Positions 53,098-60,230 of a stretch of DNA of 64,000 nucleotides are shown in pieces. Numbering within the stretch: the first letter of the stretch is position 1; the number at the start of each line of letters is the position of its first letter. The notes beneath the pieces are model-generated. The model had not been told where the DNA came from. It searched no databases and was given only the letters and a program-made list of their open reading frames with translations. Source of the DNA: a virus; IMG/VR virus record IMGVR_UViG_3300028840_000789, positions 3,687 to 67,686 of that record. One strand, given 5' to 3'. The position numbers and the translations under genes were made by a program.

Positions 53098-53294
53098 ACT
53101 ATGTTAATAGTGAACAGGCTGGTTACAATGTCCATACCTACTTTCCAGTTTGCCATGAGAAAGACTATTCCTATTGCAAACAGTAGTAAACCTATTCCTA
53201 ATTGGAATAGCAACTGGTTCTTTTTAAATCCGGCACTCACCATGAGGAGGCCAGTCGAGACGCAGACAACTGCAACAATTAAATAAAGTATCAT
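53046..53294 (-). CDS. Small membrane protein (2-3 TM), 82 aa; holin candidate
   Basis: Hydrophobic segments separated by a KKNQ loop. Confidence 0.45.
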   Translation of the reverse strand: MILYLIVAVVCVSTGLLMVSAGFKKNQLLFQLGIGLLLFAIGIVFLMANWKVGMDIVTSLFTINIVWIGLLSFGVRWLSIWK

Positions 53295-53716
53295 ATCAAT
53301 CTTTCATTAAATAGTTCACCAGTATGTTGTGTGTTCTCTTGATTCCGAGACACGTGAGGATTAGGTACGTTGGTACCATTAAGAGTACGACCTGCCCCAC
53401 CTCTTATATCATAAACTACAAGTTGGTCACCTATAAGGGCAACACGTGTAGTAGGATTATCCAGCATCTGACCCATTAGTTCAGTATCTGGAACCTCAGC
53501 TGACATCGTAAAAGGTTCTGCTATCTTGGCCAACCTTTTATTATTACGTATCTTCTCAAGGTCTATTTCGTTACGTAGTTGTCGAATCTCTTCTTCAAGG
53601 TCAGCAATTTTACAAAAGACTTCTTCAATGTCTTTAACACGTACGAGAGCACGACCACCTCCTGCTTTTTCTATCAGGTGCAGTACCTGTCGGTTAATAT
53701 AATCATCATTTCCCAT
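53291..53716 (-). CDS. Hypothetical coiled-coil protein, 141 aa
   Basis: ORF with a heptad-like segment. Confidence 0.55.
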   Translation of the reverse strand: MGNDDYINRQVLHLIEKAGGGRALVRVKDIEEVFCKIADLEEEIRQLRNEIDLEKIRNNKRLAKIAEPFTMSAEVPDTELMGQMLDNPTTRVALIGDQLVVYDIRGGAGRTLNGTNVPNPHVSRNQENTQHTGELFNERLI

Positions 53717-53749
53717 TTATACCAATTAATTTTTCAATCTCTTTAAAAT

Positions 53750-54100
53750 TCATAACGCATTAAATCCAATAATACCCTTTATTTGTCTTTCACTCATTCT
53801 TGATTCCCCCTTGCATGAGCAACGGAAATGTAACCCATCTATTACGTCATCAAACTGGATGATGTTGTTTGTCCAGACATTCTGTATCTTCAGCATCTTA
53901 CAATACTGTAGAAACTGCGTAAATATGGGTTCCGGTAGGATAATGTGAACACCTAGTGGTGTCGTGGGTTCTCCTGTAACAGGGCTAATTCTAGCATCAG
54001 TCTTGTACGACTCTAAGTGCTCTAGCAGTTTATAACCAGTACTATACTCCGTTATTTCCAGCTTCGGGACTTTGCTTGACAATAGATTCTCCGGCATCAC
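53750..54100 (-). CDS. Hypothetical protein, ~116 aa
   Basis: ORF in the minus-strand run. Confidence 0.5.
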   Translation of the reverse strand: MMPENLLSSKVPKLEITEYSTGYKLLEHLESYKTDARISPVTGEPTTPLGVHIILPEPIFTQFLQYCKMLKIQNVWTNNIIQFDDVIDGLHFRCSCKGESRMSERQIKGIIGFNAL

Positions 54101-54341
54101 AAATTGGGTTATTAGTTCTTATTAAACAAGGATCTTCATTAATACCACGATATACCTTATAGGCTCTATCGGTATTGATATCTACGATACGAAATTCAGT
54201 CTTAGTGCCTAATGCACCACGTCTGGCATTGTTCGTCTCCAGGTTGAGCACATTCGTCAAGGCCCACTCTTTATCACCATAGTACACTTCTGTAGGTAGT
54301 ACTTCACCATCCACTATTAGGACTAGCCTCAAATTCGGCAT
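54042..54341 (-). CDS. Hypothetical protein (~99 aa)
   Basis: Start re-assigned to MPNLRL, just after the upstream stop. Confidence 0.5.
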   Translation of the reverse strand: MPNLRLVLIVDGEVLPTEVYYGDKEWALTNVLNLETNNARRGALGTKTEFRIVDINTDRAYKVYRGINEDPCLIRTNNPICDAGESIVKQSPEAGNNGV

Positions 54342-54342
54342 C

Positions 54343-54666
54343 CTAAACAAAGGAATTAACTGCTTCATCAGGTTTTGTACGTTTGTCAATAGTTTCGTTA
54401 AATTCTCTCTGACCATACGCATCAATAGCGCGGCTGATAAGACGTTCTGTATCACGTCCCCAAATCTTAAAGATCACACGGTTCACGTAATGATCGTACA
54501 CCTCCACTAGGAAGGGTTCCTTCAACTTCTCGGATGCAAACAAATGGTCGGAATCTTTCAGCAACGCTGTGTAACGCTTCATCTTCTTGACTTTCTTCTG
54601 CGCGTTCTTCACTGGTGGCTGTGCCTTACTGACCTTCGCTTGCTTGAGCATCTGCTTTAAACTCAT
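54343..54666 (-). CDS. Basic hypothetical protein, 107 aa
   Basis: ATGA overlap with the upstream HTH gene. Confidence 0.55.
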   Translation of the reverse strand: MSLKQMLKQAKVSKAQPPVKNAQKKVKKMKRYTALLKDSDHLFASEKLKEPFLVEVYDHYVNRVIFKIWGRDTERLISRAIDAYGQREFNETIDKRTKPDEAVNSFV

Positions 54667-54980
54667 CTCTTATGTATTCTCTGTATATTAAGACCTACTA
54701 AATTAACCTTATACACCCCTCTGGCTGTTCCAGTGGGACGTGTTATAAAACGATGTTCGTAAAGACGACTAATATATCTCTTTACTGTTATCGTACTGAT
54801 ACCTAAAGCCTGACTTATTGCTTCACGATTGGGTATATCATTATGCCATATATCACCATTCGCTTGCAATAGGATCATCTTTAAGACCTGTGCGGACTGA
54901 GGGCCGGCTCTTGTAGCAACCTCAAAAATATCGTACCGTCCTAGAGGCATTAGTCGGAGAGTAACTCGCTTGCTTTCCAT
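54663..54980 (-). CDS. RepL-like winged-helix DNA-binding protein, 105 aa
   Basis: REAISQALGISTITVKRYISRL HTH followed by an RG.Y.VN wing; first gene of the minus-strand block. Confidence 0.75.
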   Translation of the reverse strand: MESKRVTLRLMPLGRYDIFEVATRAGPQSAQVLKMILLQANGDIWHNDIPNREAISQALGISTITVKRYISRLYEHRFITRPTGTARGVYKVNLVGLNIQRIHKR

Positions 54981-55000
54981 TTGCTATACTTAAACATACT

Positions 55001-55032
55001 GCAATATACAAAGGTCTTACTCCATTTCCTAA
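55001..55032 (-). promoter_or_regulatory. Candidate Bacteroidota-type housekeeping promoter for the minus-strand block
   Basis: Minus strand TTAG-N20-TATATTGC, resembling the -33 TTTG / -7 TAnnTTTG consensus, about 20 nt before the ATG. Confidence 0.4.
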
Positions 55033-55056
55033 TTAGTAACGAAAATAATGTAGAAA

Positions 55057-55176
55057 ATATTTGGTTCAATATTTAGCTCCTAAAAATGGTTCAAGATGTT
55101 GGTCTTAGAGAGTACCGTCCTGTTGGTCTTTGGAGTACCAAGATATTGGTCTTTAGAAGGCACAGGATGTTGAACC
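55057..55176. repeat. Iteron-like direct repeats with a 23-24 bp period, flanked by GGTTCAA/TTGAACC inverted copies
   Basis: TGTTGGTCTT at 55097 and 55121, TATTGGTCTT at 55144, TGTTG at 55168; GAGTACC follows the first two. Confidence 0.7.
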
Positions 55177-55488
55177 AGGAATCGACCTTAACTTCTTCTC
55201 TGTCAGAGAGTTAACCCTCTATCCCCCTATAAAAGTTACACATATAGAAATAATATTCCATATTATACTTATGAACCACGAAGTCGGATCAATTAGTATT
55301 CCCATCATGGGTAACTTTACTACCCGCTTACCTTCGTGGGTAACTGTATCACTAGGTGCTCCCCTGCTAGGTAGCCTATCGTCATGGCCCGATAGGGATG
55401 CTAAGTGTGTAATAGCAACGAGTTACCCTTACTATGATACAAGATACGGGTGATATTGCCCTTACTTTGTTACACGTGTCGTATAGGG

Positions 55489-55573
55489 TGGTCATAGAAA
55501 AGACGGTACCTCTATATATGCTGATAATAGACCCCCGGGTGGTATATATGCTGATTTTTCATGGCCATAGAAA
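55489..55573. repeat. Nested direct repeats upstream of the plus-strand block
   Basis: TATATATGCTGAT at 55513 and 55543 (30 bp apart), bracketed by TGG(T/C)CATAGAAA at 55489 and 55562. Confidence 0.65.
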
Positions 55574-55681
55574 TTTTGGTAGTGTTTTTACGGACGTGGG
55601 AACCACCTTAAAGAACCGACCCCTCCGAAAGGAAGAGGGTTCATACCCCCGTGGTCTTACTTTAACTAAAATAATTATCTT

Positions 55682-55981
55682 ATGAGCTTTTCAGAATTAT
55701 TCAAAGGTTCAGCTAAAATGGCTGACGTAAAAGATCTTGAAATCGGCGATGCTGCTGATGGCATATTGACTTCAGTATGGACGAACAGCGACGCGTCGCA
55801 TTTCTTCGGGTCTGTCACCGTTGGTGACAAAAAAGTACGTGGTATCATAGGTTCTGTTGAAGACTATGATGCTGAGACACTTGCCGATAAGATCGGTACA
55901 ACAGTCGAAGCGGAGTATCGCGGCACGTACACGGATGATAATGATAACGAGCGTCCATCTTGGGCACTTCGTGGCATCTAA
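55682..55981 (+). CDS. Acidic beta-rich protein (OB-fold-like?), 99 aa; first gene of the plus-strand block
   Basis: AT-rich leader typical of Bacteroidota genes; followed by a terminator. Confidence 0.7.
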   Translation: MSFSELFKGSAKMADVKDLEIGDAADGILTSVWTNSDASHFFGSVTVGDKKVRGIIGSVEDYDAETLADKIGTTVEAEYRGTYTDDNDNERPSWALRGI

Positions 55982-55984
55982 ACT

Positions 55985-56010
55985 AAGGGAGCTTCGCTCC
56001 CTTTTATTTA
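55985..56010 (+). terminator. Intrinsic terminator
   Basis: AAGGGAGC-TTC-GCTCCCTT followed by TTATTT directly after the stop codon. Confidence 0.75.
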
Positions 56011-56292
56011 TATGAGATTTAATGTCAATCGGTTGTCTGGCACACCACATACACTTACAACTTTTTTAATGAGGTGAACAGTCAAACGATTGTACTTTAG
56101 GTATACTTACTATAAATATATGTACTACAATCCAGATGGTACTATTAATGTTACTGGTGATCGCAGTTGGGACGCTAAGTAACTAATAGTACTTGATATA
56201 GATGTGACACATCTAACGATGCACATCGACTCAAGCAGGTGAAGTATAGTAACCTGCTTGTTTTACTTTGTATCTCACTAACTAACATACAT

Positions 56293-56673
56293 ATGATACA
56301 TGAAAAATGGTTTGCTATAATCGCAGCAGCTGCTTTTATAGCTCTTGTTACAATCCTTGGTACTCAATGTGAAAGCAGGAGTGGCAAGCTTTCTAAAGCT
56401 CAAGCAATGGAGGGTGTTACACACCGAGCTGAATTTGGTGTCAGTGATTATACATTGCATCTTGATGATACTATTATTGGTCATGAGAACATACTTGGTA
56501 TGTCTCAAAATGAAGAGATGATAGTATTGATCAAGCAAGAAGACAGTGTCGAGTACACATGTACTTTATTTGATGATGAGTTTACTGCTGTTTATCACAT
56601 ACCACGTCATGGTAATCCTGTGCTTGCAGCGTGTATTGCTCATGTTCCTGTTGAGTGGCATAAGACAGAGTAA
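56293..56673 (+). CDS. Exported or membrane-anchored protein (~126 aa)
   Basis: Start MIHEKWFAIIAAAAFIALVTILGTQC after an A/C-rich leader; hydrophobic N-terminus ending in Cys (possible lipoprotein). Confidence 0.65.
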   Translation: MIHEKWFAIIAAAAFIALVTILGTQCESRSGKLSKAQAMEGVTHRAEFGVSDYTLHLDDTIIGHENILGMSQNEEMIVLIKQEDSVEYTCTLFDDEFTAVYHIPRHGNPVLAACIAHVPVEWHKTE

Positions 56674-56692
56674 CTTTAATAACCACAACCTA

Positions 56693-56806
56693 ATGTTACT
56701 CTTCTTTATTGCCTACAGCTTGCTAGGCTTGCTGTGGATGAGTGCATCTGTTCTTGATGCACCTTATGGAATTGAAACTCCAAATGGTTTAATCATAATC
56801 AAATGA
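56693..56806 (+). CDS. 37-aa membrane peptide
   Basis: MLLFFIAYSLLGLLWMSASVLDAPYGIET...; A/C-rich leader. Confidence 0.5.
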   Translation: MLLFFIAYSLLGLLWMSASVLDAPYGIETPNGLIIIK

Positions 56807-56810
56807 AAAC

Positions 56811-56927
56811 ATGGAAACTCTAAAGAAAGTGCGTGTTGGTAAGGAGTTACGCAAGAAGCAGATTGAAATAATCCTAGTCATTTCTACGATGCTCGGATTA
56901 TTTAGCCTTGCGGTAGCTCAACTATAA
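56811..56927 (+). CDS. 38-aa membrane peptide (basic N-terminus plus TM)
   Basis: Translated by hand: METLKKVRVGKELRKKQIEIILVISTMLGLFSLAVAQL. Confidence 0.5.
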   Translation: METLKKVRVGKELRKKQIEIILVISTMLGLFSLAVAQL

Positions 56928-56941
56928 ATTATATGATGAAA

Positions 56942-57252
56942 ATGATCAGCGATACTTTAACTAGTATCGCTGGTTTCACCGTCGAATGATCACCTCAACG
57001 TGGTGACGGTGTCTAGTAGCCCATTACGCGGTGAAGCTAACGATCATAAGGGAAAAGGATGTCTATCAGTTAGTGATAATTCCGTACTAAAAGCACTAAC
57101 GATACTAGCCTTACCGCTAGACAGGATCTAGTGAGTAGACTAATAACTATGCAAGCGTATACGCTGTTAGTCATAGTAAGTCGCTGTTTGATCAGCAGAG
57201 ATGTAAGCAAGGTGACACATGGTCGGACATGATGTGAGACATCCTTTCCCTT
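56942..57252 (+). ncRNA. Unassigned, highly structured intergenic RNA with two adjacent domains
   Basis: 10-bp perfect hairpin 56947-56972; 16-bp closing stem 57048-57064/57237-57252 enclosing at least five hairpins; no ORF of 60 aa or more. Confidence 0.6.
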
Positions 57253-57286
57253 TTACTTTGAAACTTTCACTAACATACAATATACT

Positions 57287-57481
57287 ATGAAAGAGTTCAG
57301 ACTATATACTAGAGACGATGGTGCTACGTGTCACATTAAGTATGCTGATCAATTGGCACCTAGTGTAATTTACAAATGTACTGCTCCTGCTACTCATGTC
57401 ATTGGTAAGGGCAGACTACGTTGTAAAGAGCACTTCGAGAAATGGTTGAAAAAACAATCACGTAAACATAATACACTATGA
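57287..57481 (+). CDS. Small Cys/His (Zn-finger-like) protein, 64 aa
   Basis: C...C...C..H pattern; AT-rich leader. Confidence 0.6.
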   Translation: MKEFRLYTRDDGATCHIKYADQLAPSVIYKCTAPATHVIGKGRLRCKEHFEKWLKKQSRKHNTL

Positions 57482-57789
57482 GTAGATTTCATATTCAATT
57501 AGACGAACATAGATCAATGTCTTATGGTTATGATCGTCCACTTCAAGGATACTTCATTCAGATATATGATGAACGATATGCTTGGAAAGAAGAGAATACA
57601 CCAGAAGAAAATGAGGCAGCGGAAGCTGTTGATTGGACTGGTGAAGGTGAGGTAGAGAGTTATGCTACTAATAATATGCTTCTTGCAAAGAAGGTTGTTA
57701 GTCGTAGCAGGATACTTGAGATACTTGAGGAGAATGGTGTTCCAGAAGATCACCTACATCAAGTGGCTCTTGATCTACCAATCGTATAA
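57478..57789 (+). CDS. Hypothetical phage protein, 103 aa
   Basis: YGYDRPLQGYFIQI motif; ATGA overlap. Confidence 0.7.
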   Translation: MSRFHIQLDEHRSMSYGYDRPLQGYFIQIYDERYAWKEENTPEENEAAEAVDWTGEGEVESYATNNMLLAKKVVSRSRILEILEENGVPEDHLHQVALDLPIV

Positions 57790-57897
57790 GAAAACAGGAG
57801 TGATGTGCCTGCTGGCAGTACCGCAATTATTTCCATAATGCCTGATGGCCAGTCGCCTTCACTCCTTAACAAAGAAACTAACTTAAACAAATATACT

Positions 57898-58146
57898 ATG
57901 GGAACATTTAAAGAAATGCTACTTCAACATCCAGATGTTGAATATGTCACAATACCATCTAAAACAGATGCGGACTTCCAGAAGGTGCTGAACCAATGGA
58001 AGCATGATTATTACTTTGTCCTCCTTGATCACCATTGGTATCGAGGTAAAGATGATAAGCTGTTTCATGGAGCACTCGTTGCTCGTGTTTCTAGAGAGAT
58101 TGCTTATAGTTTAATTGATCTTGAACATAGATTACTTAATTCTTAA
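57898..58146 (+). CDS. Hypothetical protein (~82 aa)
   Basis: Start MGTFKEM after the leader AAACAAATATACT; the upstream GTG start lies inside a hairpin. Confidence 0.65.
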   Translation: MGTFKEMLLQHPDVEYVTIPSKTDADFQKVLNQWKHDYYFVLLDHHWYRGKDDKLFHGALVARVSREIAYSLIDLEHRLLNS

Positions 58147-58150
58147 CGTC

Positions 58151-58426
58151 ATGGAAGATTATTATGAAGATTATTATGAAGAAGATCTGGACGAGTGTCA
58201 TGCTCCCCCTTTAGATGATCCTGATGATCCTTATCATGCTGAAAATAAAGCTCATTTTCAAGAGCTTGATTTTATTGATGGTAAGCGGAATGTTTATGAT
58301 CGTGAGTATGATCTTGTACGCGATCCGAAACATACGAATGATGGTATCCAATTTGATCACAACTTGCTGATTATTATTGGTATTATAATTTTGGGCATAC
58401 TGATTGGTATGGCCGGTAATGTCTAA
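58151..58426 (+). CDS. Acidic protein with a C-terminal TM anchor (~91 aa)
   Basis: MEDYYEDYYEED...; C-terminal LLIIIGIIILGILIG. Confidence 0.6.
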   Translation: MEDYYEDYYEEDLDECHAPPLDDPDDPYHAENKAHFQELDFIDGKRNVYDREYDLVRDPKHTNDGIQFDHNLLIIIGIIILGILIGMAGNV

Positions 58427-58443
58427 CTAAAACAAATAAACTA

Positions 58444-58776
58444 ATGAAACGATTCCTGATTGCTTTAAGCATCCTGTCTATCTTATTGATAGCAGGATGC
58501 CTCAATTACACCTTTGGTCAACAAACTCGCTTTGGTAAAAGCGGTACAATTGGTCGTGGTGTTTACTCATGTCCTACTTACACTGGTCACGATCCATTCT
58601 TTGCAAAGAAAGTAAAGATACGTGGTTCAAAGAGTGTAAGAGAGATAAGAAAGATTGAGCGTAAACGAGACAAGTCACCTTACTGGTACAAGACTCGTGC
58701 TCAAATGATTGCTGAAAAGATATTGCCCTGGAATTGGGGTGATCGAAACCGCAGAAGAAATGTATGCAGAAGGTGA
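58444..58776 (+). CDS. Basic exported protein / putative lipoprotein, 110 aa
   Basis: MKRFLIALSILSILLIAGC signal with a lipobox-like LIAG-C. Confidence 0.6.
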   Translation: MKRFLIALSILSILLIAGCLNYTFGQQTRFGKSGTIGRGVYSCPTYTGHDPFFAKKVKIRGSKSVREIRKIERKRDKSPYWYKTRAQMIAEKILPWNWGDRNRRRNVCRR

Positions 58777-58993
58777 TGAAAGTGGATGGAAGAAGTGGAC
58801 AGGTCATCTACGACCTTGTCCACTTGTTTTTTGTCTCAGACTTAAACGTGGCTGGAGAGTACATTTTAAACAACAAGATGACTTAGCTTATGCTGATTAT
58901 TATAATCAGCGTGGAGAGTTAATCTTGTTAGTTCACTTAAAGATGAACTTAATTAAAGTTGATCAACAATTTACCGATTTTATACTTAACTAA
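58760..58993 (+). CDS. Hypothetical protein (~77 aa)
   Basis: ATG at 58760 overlapping the upstream gene end. Confidence 0.5.
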   Translation: MYAEGDESGWKKWTGHLRPCPLVFCLRLKRGWRVHFKQQDDLAYADYYNQRGELILLVHLKMNLIKVDQQFTDFILN

Positions 58994-59000
58994 TGAAACA

Positions 59001-59363
59001 ATGAACAAGATTCAATTGATTGTACTAAGTGTACTCACGGTAGGCTTTGGGCTTACCTTGTACGGTGTTGTAGTCGATAGCAGTGTATTCACGCTGTCAG
59101 GTGCTACAGTAATGTTCGGAACCATGCTATGGTTCTTGCTGACAATGATAGGCGGTGAGGATAAGTCACAGTTTGTAACTCAATACCATCTTCTATCAGT
59201 GTTGGAACAGCTTGCTGAAACAGATAAGCTGATAATAGATCGAGTAGATGCTCATCATAAGGTTCTTGAGCTTCATACAAAGGCTCTTGAGGTGCTTGGT
59301 GACAAAGTATTTCCTGTCAAATCTAAAGATTTTACTGATGCACTTCGTAGGTCACAAAATTAG
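59001..59363 (+). CDS. Two-TM membrane protein (~120 aa)
   Basis: MNKIQLIVLSV... with two hydrophobic helices, then a helical soluble tail. Confidence 0.65.
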   Translation: MNKIQLIVLSVLTVGFGLTLYGVVVDSSVFTLSGATVMFGTMLWFLLTMIGGEDKSQFVTQYHLLSVLEQLAETDKLIIDRVDAHHKVLELHTKALEVLGDKVFPVKSKDFTDALRRSQN

Positions 59364-60230
59364 TCTGATTGTATTGGCACTAGTTGTGCTGATTATGCCA
59401 GCTTGTCTAACAGACAAAGAAGAAGTTGAAGTATATGTAGGTGAAGGATACTATCGTGCCATAATATTGATTTTGATGGTGCTACTAGTTATTCACCTAT
59501 CGCATACATACAACCGATTAGTACGTATAACCTACGTAATGCGCGTGTTGCTGGAGATTCTGTTCTAGAACTAGTTGACAAAATAGTAACTGATTGTTTC
59601 ACTCTTGAAACACACAGATGCTATGATGGACCAATTGGTGCTACAACACTTAACGCTCTTGGTGGTAAGTTTGGATTTAACTTAATCTGGAATGATGATT
59701 GTGATGTTACTGATATTACAGTAATCAAGAATGAATTATCTTCCAAGCGATATCCTAATCCGTTCTCTACCTATGAGTTTAATGTAGGCACATTCTGGAC
59801 AGAAGGATCAGTCTTCGATAAAGATGATATTTATACATCTCCTTATCGAGAACCTGATACAGGTATAATCTGGATACCAGAGCTGTACGCTCCAAGCGAA
59901 CCAACATACAACTGGAAGTTTTGGCTTTCAATCAATGGTAAAACTTACAAGCTTGAGACGCAAATACGTTTCGATAATAATACTCTTATTCCAGAGGATG
60001 CGAAATGTACAGCATTTGCGTTGCCTGTTACTTGGATATCTGTTGATGTAACACGTAGTGGTTATTGTAATTTGTTCACATTTACTGTTGCAGAGCAGAT
60101 TGATGTGAACTATTATGAGATTCAGTTTTCAACTGATGCTGTTGAGTGGGAGACTGTCGGAATGGTAGCTCCTCTTGATTTTGATAAAGGAACTTATACT
60201 TATGACTTTGAACATTGTAACAATGAGTGA
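59338..60230 (+). pseudogene. Frameshifted lipoprotein gene (~297 aa if joined) ending in a T9SS-cargo-like 'LPV' Ig domain
   Basis: Signal peptide ...LIVLALVVLIMPA-CLTDKEE in one frame; a 261-codon open frame 59445-60230 in the -1 frame with no ATG and no GTG/TTG until 60021. Confidence 0.65.

Noticed and set aside
1-54980. Many 60-180 aa plus-strand and alternate-frame ORFs within the structural genes
   Set aside because: Fully nested in or antisense to long motif-bearing genes, with no recognisable motifs; expected shadow ORFs
55057-55176. Possible mini CRISPR array
   Set aside because: The period is only 23-24 bp with ~10-bp degenerate repeats; too short for repeat-spacer units, and no cas genes are present
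55271-55685. ORFs 55271-55453 and 55434-55685 as real genes
   Set aside because: They overlap repeat and palindrome clusters in the divergent control region and have no protein-like motifs; cannot be fully excluded
55985-56003. GC-GAA-GC DNA mini-hairpin on the template strand as an N4-like vRNAP promoter
   Set aside because: Its position right after a stop codon with a following U-rich tract is explained more simply by an intrinsic terminator; single occurrence
57128-57222. Loose resemblance to hatchet ribozyme words (UGAG, GCGUAUA, GCAGA, CAUG)
   Set aside because: I could not build the hatchet P2-P4 pairings; kept only as an unassigned structured RNA
57841-57850. CTGATGG as a hammerhead core
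   Set aside because: Not CUGANGA, and no correctly placed GAAA and stem arrangement
58154-58183. Tandem GAAGATTATTAT repeat
   Set aside because: A simple in-frame 12-bp duplication encoding EDYY twice; no evidence of function
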